Source of the DNA: Marsupella aquatica
Taxonomy: Eukaryota > Plantae > Marchantiophyta
Length of the DNA: 64,000 bases
Reading direction: 5' to 3'
Assembly: GCA_973895155.1 (NCBI GenBank)
Contig: OZ316893.1
Coordinates: 5,718,171 to 5,782,170, forward strand
Part shown: positions 1 through 11,765 of the stretch, one piece after another
How positions within the stretch are numbered: the first letter of the stretch is position 1
How the letters are laid out: every line of letters starts with the position of its first letter
Translations under genes and position numbers: made by a program
The notes under the pieces: model-generated
Told to the model about the DNA's origin: nothing
What the model saw: the letters and a program-made list of their open reading frames with translations, nothing else
The model's database searches: none

Positions 1-3000
1 ATTGTTTGTGTGCTACTGTGGTTTGTCACCATCTTAGTTGTATCAGAAGAGTATTCAGCTATAACTTTGTCGTCTCAAGTCTGTTACTACTACTTTGGAC
101 ATCTCCCTTGTCCACGTGAGAACGGAATTGGATAATTACCCGCGTCTCATCCTTGATTTGTTTCGGGTCCAATTTTGTAATAGCACAAACCATTCAAGGG
201 CCCAGCTAAAGAGTGCACTTACTATTCAACACAAGTGGGAGTGAAGGAGGAAAAACACAGCCAACTCAAAACTGGACTTTCATGACCATTCAAAACAATG
301 AAAACCTACTCCATATACAAATAATTAAAGAAACGTGTTTAGGGCCATTGTTAGCAGTTTCAGTAATTTCTGTATTCATTATTCCAACAAAGGCATCACC
401 ACGTGCCCAAGACTGGGTCCATGAACTAATTTGAATTCATTATAGCAATAGTTTCCTAACATTGTCCAGAATAAAAACAAGTCCAAAGACCAAGGGAGGA
501 AGGATGGTGTGAAAGAAGCTTTGAGTGTTAGATGACTGGAGATGGATTCTTTACGGAGGAATAGGGCCTAGACTCGAAATGAATCAGTCTGTTCCGCGCA
601 TGGGATTTCTTTGTTTAGGCCCAACGAGAACAAGTTTCCTGGGAAAGGGCAAACTATAAGCACGAGCCAAGAAACAATTACATCAATGAAACTGAAAAGA
701 CCATATGTGATATGAACAAACACATCATGAAGGCCGATAGTAACCAATTGACACTATGAGACCAAGATCTATTTGTAGTTGGGAAAATTTTGAGTAAAGA
801 AAATCATTTTTCTTTAAAACGGATGACCTACCAAACCATGAACACATGGATACCATTTGGACAAACTGAGATCCATAATTGTTTTCTGTATTCTAAAGTG
901 TATTCTATTATTCCTAACGCAACGAACTCAGCAACGGTCCAGGGGAGGAAAACAACAGTAACCGTCAAGAAGGTAACAGACAGAGTAGCCTGGCCAGGAC
1001 ATAGCTTAACAAAAAGTGGGGGAGTGGGCTCATAGGGGGCTCTGGTCAGCCATAGCTCGCCCAAATAGGTAGCCATTGACTCAGGACAGAAACAACGTCC
1101 CACCTCCAGCACTCATCCTCCTCCTCCTCCTCCTGGGGCTGCGTTTCTTGAAATGATAATAATAGGAACATTCTTGTAGGGACACCTGGGCAAGGGTGCT
1201 TTGACCCTAAGAAAAGGGAGCTGAGCAGCCACAACCTGTCATGGCTGGCTGGCTGGCTACGCAATTGTTGATTGGGGGAGGCGATGACAACTTACTCCAG
1301 CAGTACATCCCAATTGGAAAAGAAATATGAGAAAATACCAGAAGGTATGGACAAACAAGCTCCCTGGCTGGTTTTAACCTGGTTTCAGTTACGGTGTTGG
1401 GGGAGATGACTTGGAGTGATAATAGGGGAGGGATGCACGCTATCTGTATAACTGATGAATGTCCTAATGTGGGCTGTCCCCTTTGGTCGTTTCTTCCTCT
1501 AGGATATAATAATTATTTGATTCCTTGGGTTTCAACTTTTTTGTTTATGGCTTCCACGCCTCTTGGGCTTTAGTGCGATTCTTCTCACCTACAGTACTTC
1601 AAAGGGTTTTCTTCTTACCTACTTCAAGGGTTTTCCCAAGCTTGAGCTTAATTTTGAAATTAAAGTTTGGATGGACCTCGACATTGTCTATGAAGCCCAA
1701 ATGGACTGACAAAGCTGGGATGGAGTTGATCAGAACATTCAAATTGATTAGGATAATATTGTTTACATTTTTGACTGAAATATGACCTGTAAATAATCTT
1801 TTTACCATTTGCAGCCGGTTTCAATTATGTAACCCAACGGGTCCCCTTGGTAGCTTCACGACTGGACGACTTTGAACATGAAAGACATCAAGACATCGTA
1901 CCATTACTAAGGAACACTGCTTTTCAGTCGGTCCACATGAAAATTTCCAAGCGTAAAGTGAAATGACTTGACATCTTGACTACTTTCTCCATGGGGTATT
2001 CAAGTTGTTAACTGCAATCTGTGGCTGGTTCCTCCTTTTAGTGGGTGTAAAATTAGTGGTCACTTTACACAGTCCATGGGGATGGGCAGGGACAAGGTTT
2101 TGGTCCATCTTGGCTTCAAATTTGCTTAATTTCCCTTTTTCCATTAGATATGTAAATATTCTCCATTCATTTTCTTGCTTGTAGTTTTTGTAGGGAGAAA
2201 AGAGTCTCTTCTCTCCTTTAATTTCCCAGCCCTTCACCAACAAAGTGAGGGTGAACCGTAGAAGTACATCTCCTTGAACGGGTGGATAAGGCCCGCATGT
2301 CATATTGCCAATTTACACCCACACATCTGCTACCAGAATTGGCTCTGTTACACACAACAATTTCCAGGCGGGAAATGAGCTGGGGCTAGACACTTTCTTA
2401 CACAAATCCTCCCACCTCCAACCTAACTCTGTCCCTATGCAAGTTCAATGTAGTCTCTATTTGTAGAACAGATACTTGGACATGAAATAGCTCCATGAGG
2501 CCGCCCTCTCCACAAATTTATTGCTTATGAAGCCTTAGAGCACCCTCATGCATTGCATTAGATTTTCCGCTAGGAACAAGGAAAGGAAGGGGAGACGTAA
2601 AACATGGTCCCTTAAAAACCAAAGCTCCATGCTACATTACAAAACACTCCCCATGACTCTGGACGTAAAGGCGGCTTTTCTGGTCTCCAACTTTTTACCC
2701 GCCAAAAAAACATACCCTTCCCTTTCAATTAAGTGCGCCGCATGAAAACAGTAGCATGCGCCATCAATCATTTGGCAATGACGAATGCGTGGCCCTTGTA
2801 AGAAACAGGAGTGAACTTTAGCCATCATTGTGATTCTGGACCTTTGTGGGAAACTCACTTTATGTAGTGGACCGCACTTTACTCGTTGACGATTGGCAGG
2901 GCCGGTGATTCAGCCTCCGTGGAGAATTGGGATGAATTTAATTTAAGAGAATAGAGTAATGGCTCTCAGTAATGGCCAAAGAAATGCGCCCTTGATCTCT

Positions 3001-3968
3001 TTGGCCTTGTGGGAATAATATCATTACTCCCACAAGGTCACATTTCTTCCCATTGATTTTGTCTAGGTCTTCCTTATCGGCCTCCGGTCCCAAGGATAGA
3101 TAATCCATCCCTGGCTTTTTTTTCGTTCGTACGGGAGGCATCATTGGTCTAAACTCACCTCTATTGGCTTTAGTTTTCCCCCTCTGGGATCAGGACGACA
3201 CACATCAGTGAGCAAAAGTCAGTTCGTCTACTGTAATACTGTGAGGACTCCACCCTTTCACATTTCCAAGTTTACTTGCTACCCACTTTCCATTACCATC
3301 TCCCAAATATACCTTCCAACCAACTACACTTGGTGCCAAGTGCATGAACCAATCCGTTGTGCAGGATAGTGGTCATTTAAATTTCCATTCACTGGAAATT
3401 GTCTGTAATTTAACGACAGTTTTGCTAACTGGCTCAACTCCAGCACATGTGGGATGTGTGAAGGTTATGGAGTGTCCAACATGGCAGCAACACTTTTAGG
3501 CAGAACCTAGCCTAAAGTTTTTTGCAAGGAAATATGAAACTGGAGTAAGGGGCAGCTTTGGCTCATGTCTTTGGCTGTCTATTCCCAGTGCTTGGGTGAC
3601 TTTTGTCCCCTTGCCTGTTATCTATAGGCCCCTGTCCCTCATGTTTATATATCCCTAAAATTTATCTTGTATGATTTTTCTTCCAAAGAGACACAATTGG
3701 CGCAGGCAGGAAGCATTAGTGTATACAAAAGTGTCTGAAATCAGCTCATTCCTAGAGGTTTCCAATGACCAAAATGTTGTGGGCTAGGTCACGGACGAAA
3801 ATCCAACAGGTCACGTAAAATTTGACCATCAGCAACTTAGGCAGTCCCCGAGTTATCGTAAATCCTGTCAGGAGAAGAGGTTACTGGTGTGTAACCATTT
3901 CTACAGGGGCCTGTTATAGTCAAAATCTGGTGTCCTGAAAAATTGAGCCAGTAACTTCTTTCCGGGCA

Positions 3969-4119
3969 GGAGTTATGTACGCTAATGCAGGGCAGGGCTG
4001 GGGTTATAGGCTGTAACCTGCTCCCAGAATATTCAAAGAAGCTTTCCGGCTACCGCCGGTCAGTTTCTTACAGCCTAGTAACCCTGCACCCAGACCTGCA
4101 TTACAATATACGTAAGTCC
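3969..4119. repeat. Imperfect inverted repeat / MITE-like hairpin
   Basis: TAATGCAGGGCAGGGCTGGGGTTATAGGCTGTAA (3983-4016) is a near reverse complement of TTACAGCCTAGTAACCCTGCACCCAGACCTGCATTA (4068-4103). Similarity extends to GGAGTTATGTA / TACGTAAGTCC. A related arm recurs at 11801-11824. Confidence 0.55.
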
Positions 4120-5711
4120 CCCTCAATACGTGCGTGGAACGGAAGGAGGGGGTGAGAAATAGCACAGCTTAACCCGAGTGCAGGTCTCAACGGACTCCAA
4201 GAGTTTCTACACCTACAGTACTACTATATAGCATACTCATCCTGGAACATGAAAAGTTATTTTGTCCTCTAGCAAAACGTTTAAATTTTTTAGTGAAATA
4301 TAGGGGATCTGTTTTTTTGTGGCAAATATAAATAGGACATTGATTAGGAACGTGACATTGAAAAGTTGTGCACATAAAGTACAAGAATAAAAATACACAT
4401 GTAAAGAAAAGAATAATGAACAGAAAAAATTTAAGTCTATGATATTGGGTTCTGCACATACTATACACCAGTAAAGATACTTATGTACTTATCTGGGGTA
4501 ATGACACTCAAATAAATTAAAACCATAAATTTAGGACACAAAACCATGAGTAGAACTTAAAGACATGAGGAGTGTACTTTACTTAGATCATTTCTTCTTC
4601 ACTAAGGGCTAGAACTTCCGTGAACTTTGTTAAAGGGTGGATGATCAAAAGTATATCAAAGATTAAAAAATTTAGAGGGGTGCCGGATTAAATTCAAAAT
4701 CTAAAGTATACAAGGGATGTACCTTGGTAAGATACATTGAATTAAAATACACAAGAAAAAAAGGTTGAATAAGACAAAATACTGGAAGATGAATTCACTT
4801 TCATTCTGGATATACTACTAACTGGAGTGAACCCAATTCCCTTGCCGCAGGCATTCGGGACAGAAACAAACCGAGGAGAATGCCGATTGCGGGTGACCGT
4901 TAAAAAGGAATTAACTAGATAGAGGGTCTAAAAATAGTCCCAGTTTACAGGCTATAACGGCTATAATGGCCACTCTATGACGACTCGATCCCGTATTCCC
5001 GTCGGGTGGATGATGGTTAGGGCCAGACGTGGCGTCCTGCCATTGCGGGTCCGAAGTGCGCGATTGGCATCGGCAGCATCGCGGACCCTCGCGTCTTCGT
5101 ACCGCTGGGTCCAAGAACCCCCCGGCGGGGCCCCCCTGTTCTTCGCCATCAGAGTCATCACAGAACCGAGGCGCTCTTTTCCCGCACTTCCCGACCGTTG
5201 CCGAAGCAGTCGACGGACGAGCGCTGTGCCGTCCCGACCCTGTTCCCCCGCCCCCGAGCCTGCTGCTTTCATATGCCACTCTCGCTTCACTCATTCGCCA
5301 GTGCAGTCAGTTCACGCTCTGTTCGCCCACCTATCCGCCGCGCGCACTTCCTCCACCATCAGTCCCAGAGACGAGAAGAGAAGTGAAGTGAAGGGAAGAG
5401 AAGAGAGGAGGAGGGATTCAGCTCAGCTCATTCGCATGTTGGTGTTTCTCGAACTAGGCGCGGACGAGCAAGCTCAGTAGCTCGGGTGGCAAGCTCAGCA
5501 CAGCTCGTTCGGGTCCATCGAATTAGGTGATAAGGGGACGAGCACTGACTGGGAGGGTAGAGGTTGTTGGTTTGGTGAGCTTGCCATCGCTGAGCTCTGT
5601 ATTGTGGAGAGAGCAGCTGCATTGCTGCTTGTGGCCAGAAGGAAGTTTAGTGTGATTCTGGTTTCGTAACGAGCGCAGAATTGTTTTTGAAGGGACGAGG
5701 GAGTGTCCTTC

Positions 5712-7109
5712 ATGAAGGGGCACGCAATGGGGCTGTCAGCTGCAGGTCTGGTCGTGGTGGGCACGGTGATGTTGCTCAGCTTGGTGACGTCGCCGACGGA
5801 TGCAAAGGCATTCAATATAACTGCGTTGCTTGGTGGTTATCCCGCCTACAGTCAGATGACTAGTGCACTCGCCAGCACAGGAGTCGCGGACGAGGTCAAT
5901 GCGAGGAGCTCGCTGACTGTCTTGGTGGTTCCTGACCCGGTGTTCTCAGCATTTGTTGCTGCGAATCCGAACGTTGGTAGTGCGCAAATCGGCGACCTGC
6001 TTCGTTACCATTGCCTCCTGCAGTACCTGGACATTCCTGAGCTGAACACGATCACTGTAGGAAATCCTACCACGGTTACGACGCTGTATCAAACTACAGG
6101 GAGAGCTCCAGGAAACAGTGGCTCTGTGAACATCTATAACAATGGGTCGTCCCTCCTTGTGGGCCAGGCCGATGTTAACACTCCCCCCACCACGTCGATT
6201 GTGACAAATCTGACGCAGGTCCCTTACAACATCAGCTTGCTTCAAATAGACAGTGTCGTTGTTCCGACGGGATTCGGAGCTGCGACCCCTCCAGCTAACT
6301 TGACTGCTGTTTTGGAGGCTGGGAAGAATTACGGCACACTCCTCGGCTTGTTGCAGAGTTCAGGTACGGATGTCGACTTCGCATCTCTGGAGAAAGGAGC
6401 GGGAATCACTATTTTCGCACCGAATAATGCTGCATTTAGCGCCCTTCCTGCTGGAGCGCTCGCTGGACTCTCTCCTGCTCAAACTAAGCTCCTCCTTCAG
6501 TATCATGCACTCCCCTCTTACCGCACACTGGGGTCTCTCGAGGATATGAGCGACAAAGCAGTTCCAACTGTTGCCACTACCAACACAGCTCCGGGCCAGT
6601 ATACAATTAGCGTCAATGGACTGACTAGTAGTGTGATCCTCGATTCTGGTCTGTCGAACACTACGATCGCGCAAACCTTATTTGACACTCCTCCCACCGT
6701 CGTTTTCGGTGTCGGCACAATTCTTCTGCCGAAGGAGATCTTTGCTGGTGCCCCCGCTCCTGCACCGGCTCTTGTCCCAGTTCCTGCCCCTGCCCCTGCG
6801 CCTCTCACCCCAACTCCTGCTCTCTCGCCCACTCCAGCTCCAGCACCTCTTTCTCCGACTCCCACCCCAGGACCATCACCTCTTTCGCCATCTCCAACCC
6901 CTATTCTCACTCCTGCCCCCGTGCCAGGTCCCGCTGCTTTCTCTCCAGGACCCCCAGCTCCCCCCCTTTCGCCTACTGGAGGCATCACCGGAGAGCCGAC
7001 TCCTGCTCCCGCGGGATCAACTCCCCCTCCGTCAGACGCTACATTGACGACCATCAACCTGGCTGTTCTAACCGCGGTGGCTTTCGTCTCCACCCTAGTA
7101 TTGCTGTAG
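5712..7109 (+). CDS. Fasciclin-like arabinogalactan protein (two FAS1 domains, Pro/Ala-rich AGP region, GPI anchor signal)
   Basis: Single-exon ORF with first ATG at 5712. Hydrophobic signal peptide ending AKA|FNIT. FAS1 motifs LTVLVVPDPVF, LLRYHCL, TTLYQTTG, ITIFAPNNAAF, LLQYHAL and VFGVGTILLPKEIF. PAPAP/SPTP tract and C-terminal SDA plus hydrophobic tail. Confidence 0.93.
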   Translation: MKGHAMGLSAAGLVVVGTVMLLSLVTSPTDAKAFNITALLGGYPAYSQMTSALASTGVADEVNARSSLTVLVVPDPVFSAFVAANPNVGSAQIGDLLRYHCLLQYLDIPELNTITVGNPTTVTTLYQTTGRAPGNSGSVNIYNNGSSLLVGQADVNTPPTTSIVTNLTQVPYNISLLQIDSVVVPTGFGAATPPANLTAVLEAGKNYGTLLGLLQSSGTDVDFASLEKGAGITIFAPNNAAFSALPAGALAGLSPAQTKLLLQYHALPSYRTLGSLEDMSDKAVPTVATTNTAPGQYTISVNGLTSSVILDSGLSNTTIAQTLFDTPPTVVFGVGTILLPKEIFAGAPAPAPALVPVPAPAPAPLTPTPALSPTPAPAPLSPTPTPGPSPLSPSPTPILTPAPVPGPAAFSPGPPAPPLSPTGGITGEPTPAPAGSTPPPSDATLTTINLAVLTAVAFVSTLVLL

Positions 7110-7823
7110 GTAGTTTGTAGAACACTATTTTGATAAGATAGGTGACAGCTTTGTTTTGTTCTAATTGTTCGTGAGACAAACTTCTTCTATTCATTTGTGT
7201 GGGTTGAATAGGTAGGCTGTAGGGTAGCTACAGTAGCTTACGAGCGAGGCTACATTTGATTTCACAATTCTTTGGCCGTGTATTCAGTTTATACCTGAAT
7301 AATGTTAAGTGTCATTCCCTTCAGAATGCGTTTTTGAAGATTCAATTCAATGAGGTCTTGAAATTCCTTTGCATAGCAGCATTTTGTTGTGGGCGGGTTC
7401 TGAGCACATTTTCCAACCAGTGCCACTGGCTACTTCAAGTGTTTCCATCGTCTCTGGTCTCCTAAACGTAAACCATATCAACTGACAGGACGTGAATTGC
7501 TACGGGCACAGAGATACTGCTTCCAACCGCCAATTGTCGTTGCCTTAAGACATAGATGTTGATTGAGGCTGAGAGGGAGTTGACGATTGTCCCTTGACAA
7601 TGATAGAACAACCACATGAAGCAACCAATACGTTGACTAAAGAATTCCATCCTGCGTGAGTGACCCGATTTTGAGAAGCGCTCGAGAGACTTTGGGCTGC
7701 AGTGGGGAAGAAGTGTGATGGATTTGAAGATTGTTTTGAGTCCAAACTGTTCAGGGCGAGAGTGTAAAATTAGGTCCCCCCGCCCATTAGAAAGGTCATT
7801 TATGTAAATTTTAGTTTTGAAGA

Positions 7824-7879
7824 ATCCATATCGTTCGAGTCCATAGCATTTATTTCTTCAAAACTCGAACGATATGGAT
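7824..7879. repeat. Perfect 17-bp inverted repeat (hairpin, 22-nt loop)
   Basis: ATCCATATCGTTCGAGT (7824-7840) and ACTCGAACGATATGGAT (7863-7879) are exact reverse complements. Confidence 0.85.
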
Positions 7880-9152
7880 ACTTGTGTATTATGTATCTCT
7901 GTCGACCGTTATACGTAAAGATCACGAGGCACTGGTCATATGAGAATTTACGGGAATATGTTTGTCTCCAGCAGGTACGATGTACAAAAAGGTCATGAAC
8001 ATCGTGTTGGTGAGTGAAAATACATTGACTTGCACGATTTACCGGTAGGCATTGAATCCCTGTTTTCTCACTCGTTAAGTATTAATTCACTGAGAAGGAG
8101 GAGGTGCCATAATGCCGACAGTACGATGGAAAGGTTCACTCGTTTAGTATTACTGCACTGTATAGCATACTTTACTGAGAAGCATGAGGTGCCATAATGC
8201 CCACAGTACGATGGACAAGTGCAGTGTTTCATCGGGGCATCGGGCATTGCGCAAAAGTACTAAGTCTCTCACGAATCGTTGTTTGTAAGAAGGTAAATGT
8301 GATTCGTCGAACTTTCAATGTTCATGAAAGCCCATGCCGTAGGGCGCAAGGACATTCGACAGAGCTGGAACAACACTCGCGAGACATTCGATGATCCTTT
8401 AACATGACAGTCTGTAGTACCCCTATCACTCTCTCGCGAGTCTGAAGGCGTGTGGCAGGTACTCGCCACACCCGTCAGCTCATTCCCTTAAACGAGTAGA
8501 AAACGACGGCCTCGAGTGAGGTAATGAACTAATGATCATTGACCTCACGTCAGTGATTCATTGATAGAATGAAACTCGTGGTGAGTTCGAGAGTTCGAGA
8601 GTTCGAGAGGCTGAGGAGGTCCGTCCTTGGGAGAAATGCTGTCATTATTTTCTAAGCTACTTACGAGGAGATTAATTTTGGCGAGGAGGTCGATGAGCAC
8701 TGTAGTAGGCCGTGATCGTAGTAGACAGGAGAAGTATATTTGGGGAACAGCTGTACTGTAGTTGCTTTAGTCCACAAAACGAGCTTGATTACTCCAGTCT
8801 AGTAAAAGATAGACGGTCCATAAAGCGCTCACACTTAGGTGGGTTTGACAGTAACGTTGACGAATAGACGAACCTTGAATGTGCATGGGGTCAGCTGACA
8901 TCCGTCTGTAGCGGTACCTCTAATTACGTCCTTAATGTCTTCAAATAGACAGCTTACTTCAGAAATGTGGGCCCCCCCTGTCCCGGTTTGCGGAAGGCTG
9001 ACATGACTGTCCGTGATACGGATCCCGGAACGATCCACTCTGGATTCAATCATGATGATGGTACGACAAATCCTTCGGCATCTCAAGAGTCATCATATCC
9101 GACTAGCTGCGGGATGACTGACAGGAGGAGCCCCAAAAATGGCAACAACGGA

Positions 9153-9298
9153 GATACTAGCGTGTACGAGATGCTCACTTCACGGATAGTGCCCGCTTGT
9201 GGATACTAGCGTGTACGAGATGCTTTCACGGATAGTGCCCGCTTGTGGATACTAGCGTGTACGAGATGCTCACTTCACGGATAATGCCCGCTTGTGGA
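9153..9298. repeat. Tandem repeat, about 49 bp x 3
   Basis: GATACTAGCGTGTACGAGATGCTCACTTCACGGATAGTGCCCGCTTGTG units start at 9153, 9202 and 9248. Confidence 0.9.
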
Positions 9299-11204
9299 TT
9301 TATTTTATACACAGTCTTCCGTGTAGCGTTCGGAAAATATCCCTCTTGGAAGTTTTTCGGTGTTTGCTAAATGCTTTCTAATGTGTAGTTTCCGAGATCC
9401 GAAAGACACCATCTCAGCTCATTACTTCAGAGGAAAATGCATACTCTTGGACAGAAATCTTGCTCCTCTGTTCATCGATTTCCCTACTACTTATTCTACG
9501 GCGACCCAAATAACCACGGAGTTTGGTCAAGAAGCAAGTGAATGGAAGCTAATGTGGCGTTGGCCATGGCCAGCCCCAATCCTGTCAGGATCTTCTCCTC
9601 CGCCGCTAGTAAAACAGACATAGAGTCCGGCTGCTTGCAAGGGAGCTGAACTTCACAGACGACCAGATGACCAGATCTGTCGTACGTGGCAGTGAGTACT
9701 AATTAACTGCGTCAGGTTGTACTCTTTGCCTTGTCCGGAACGCTCATGGCACCAGTCGGTGCTAGCAGGCAAGGCCAGGAATTAGTACGTCGGTACGTAC
9801 AATAAAGAATTCATTGCGTGGATCTACAACGGACTAGTTCACCTGTAGTGCACCCGCGTCTGTATCGTGATAGATTCAGCGTTTCTGGACGGCTCTGAAG
9901 ACTAAATTACCGCCATTGCCTCAACATCTCGTGGTTTTGAAGCATTGAACTTACGGTGATGAAATGTGGTAGCCGAGGTCCATAGCAGTGCGCTTTCATC
10001 TGGTGGGTCGGATAGACTTGTTGAATAGAGAGAGAAGTCAAGCCGTGGAGCCGTGAACTTCACTTAAACCACCCAATGGCTCAACTGTAATCTTATGCAA
10101 GGTGATCACGTTCGCTCTATCAATCTGGTTGACTTCTTACATCAATTTCTCCGATCTACGTCAAATTGTGTTCGTCTGCCAAATCTTTCAACATGTCAAT
10201 TGTATGTCTTACCGCAGCTATTAATATCTTATATCCATTGCCTCGATTGCGGATTTCTCTTCGATTTCTTGAAGCTCATCATCTTCAGTGTCTGGCAGCT
10301 CTTGAATCGTTGTTGCTCGGCAAAGCAGTTTTCGTTGGGCAATATCTCAGGTTAACGGTGCCCTTCCGTCAGAAGTCTTCTCAACGAGTGACTCCGGGTC
10401 TTCAAGGTCTTTGGCGATGTTGATCCACAGGAATCGGAAACTACTGTGAAACTATGAGCTTTTGCAACAAGAATCATACACTGTAGATAAGGACCGAATC
10501 AATAGTACCTTCCTTGAATGCATCGGCTCCTGTAGATGCTCCGCTTGACTGTCCACCTTATTCACAGTATGTAGAGAGGCTCCTGGTACGCAATCATGAC
10601 GGAGCACTTCCCTAAGTGACCATGCACCTCATTCAATGAAACTGCCTCTCTTAATAGACCATGTCGGACCGAGTCAGTTATAAATTCATGACACTGTATG
10701 ACACAATTCATGATCGGAAGTCGAATACCGACGTGATTAAGAGCTCGCACTTAAAATATGACCCGTTATAATGTGGTGCCTCCCTCTGTTTCTCTCCTGT
10801 ACAGCCAAGGCACAAGGAGGAACTACGGGCACAACAGCAGTATCCAATCCAACATTATTTTGAGGCAGTTAAGTCATTAATCTCACAATTCCCCGAACAG
10901 GATTTTGCTCAAAGTCCAGCCGCCGATCCACACGCTGACATAGCTCGCTGTTACAAGAGAAGATAAACGATTCCTTAACTCCTATCATACTGCGTGGATA
11001 CATGCCACGGTTGCCATCAAAGCAGTTTCGAGTTCATGTTGGTGAGTTTTCAAACTGCACACCACAAAATTCGTTCTGTTCAGTATTTGTATATAGAAAT
11101 GAACCGTTTAATCGCCGAGATTCTACGGGTCCGATCTCCCTGCAAAGCGAGAGCACACGACCATGGATAACCGGTGAAATACTAACCATTCATTTAATGA
11201 GGAC

Positions 11205-11356
11205 GTAAGGAGCCACCTGTTCGAACTGCCAACCGCAAATCCAATACACAGATCAGCAGCATTCCTCTGGTGCTCCTGAGGATGTAAGGAGCCATTTGTT
11301 CGAACTTCCAACCGCAAATCCAATACACAGATCAGCAGCATTCCTCGGGTGCTCCG
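11205..11356. repeat. Tandem duplication, about 79 bp x 2
   Basis: GTAAGGAGCCA..TGTTCGAACT.CCAACCGCAAATCCAATACACAGATCAGCAGCATTCCTC.GGTGCTCC occurs twice. Confidence 0.85.
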
Positions 11357-11508
11357 CTTCCTGGCTTCATCATAGCAATCATCCGGCACTCATGTCGGTT
11401 TCTACAGGGTGTTTTTCGTAAGAACGGGGACAGCTTCAACGGAAGAGCACAATAGTGAAAAGAACGGCCGCTGAAACAGGGAGTTGCAATTTTGAAAGGG
11501 AGCCGAGC

Positions 11509-11765
11509 CAGCGTTTTTTTTAGTGGCGAAAATATGCCAAATTCCATCTCCCCAAAAACCTTTCGCCACTTTTGGCGAAAATTGGCAAGTATTTTTTTTC
11601 CTTGATTAGCCAGTGTCCCACCTAATCAGAGGCCACTTTAGCCAGAATCTAAAGGTCAGGAAATCAATCAGATAAGGAATATTTTTGAGCATCTCCTCCT
11701 TCACACACTTAAAATTTGCACATTCGCCACCCTGGCAAGAAAACAAACCCTTAAAAAATATGCTG
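11509..11765. mobile_element. Non-autonomous hAT-type MITE (257 bp)
   Basis: Termini CAGCGTTTTTTTA and TAAAAAATATGCTG are imperfect TIRs. The 8-bp flanks AGCCGAGC (11501-11508) and ATCCGAGC (11766-11773) match at 7 of 8 positions. Internal TGGCGAAA/TTCGCCA subterminal motifs are present. Confidence 0.75.

Noticed and set aside
4911-5480. Several overlapping 109-167 aa ORFs on both strands
   Set aside because: GC-rich promoter or leader of the FLA gene with few stop codons and no recognisable motifs.
6518-7093. 191-aa Gly/Ala-rich minus-strand ORF
   Set aside because: Antisense shadow of the Pro/Ala-rich FLA region.
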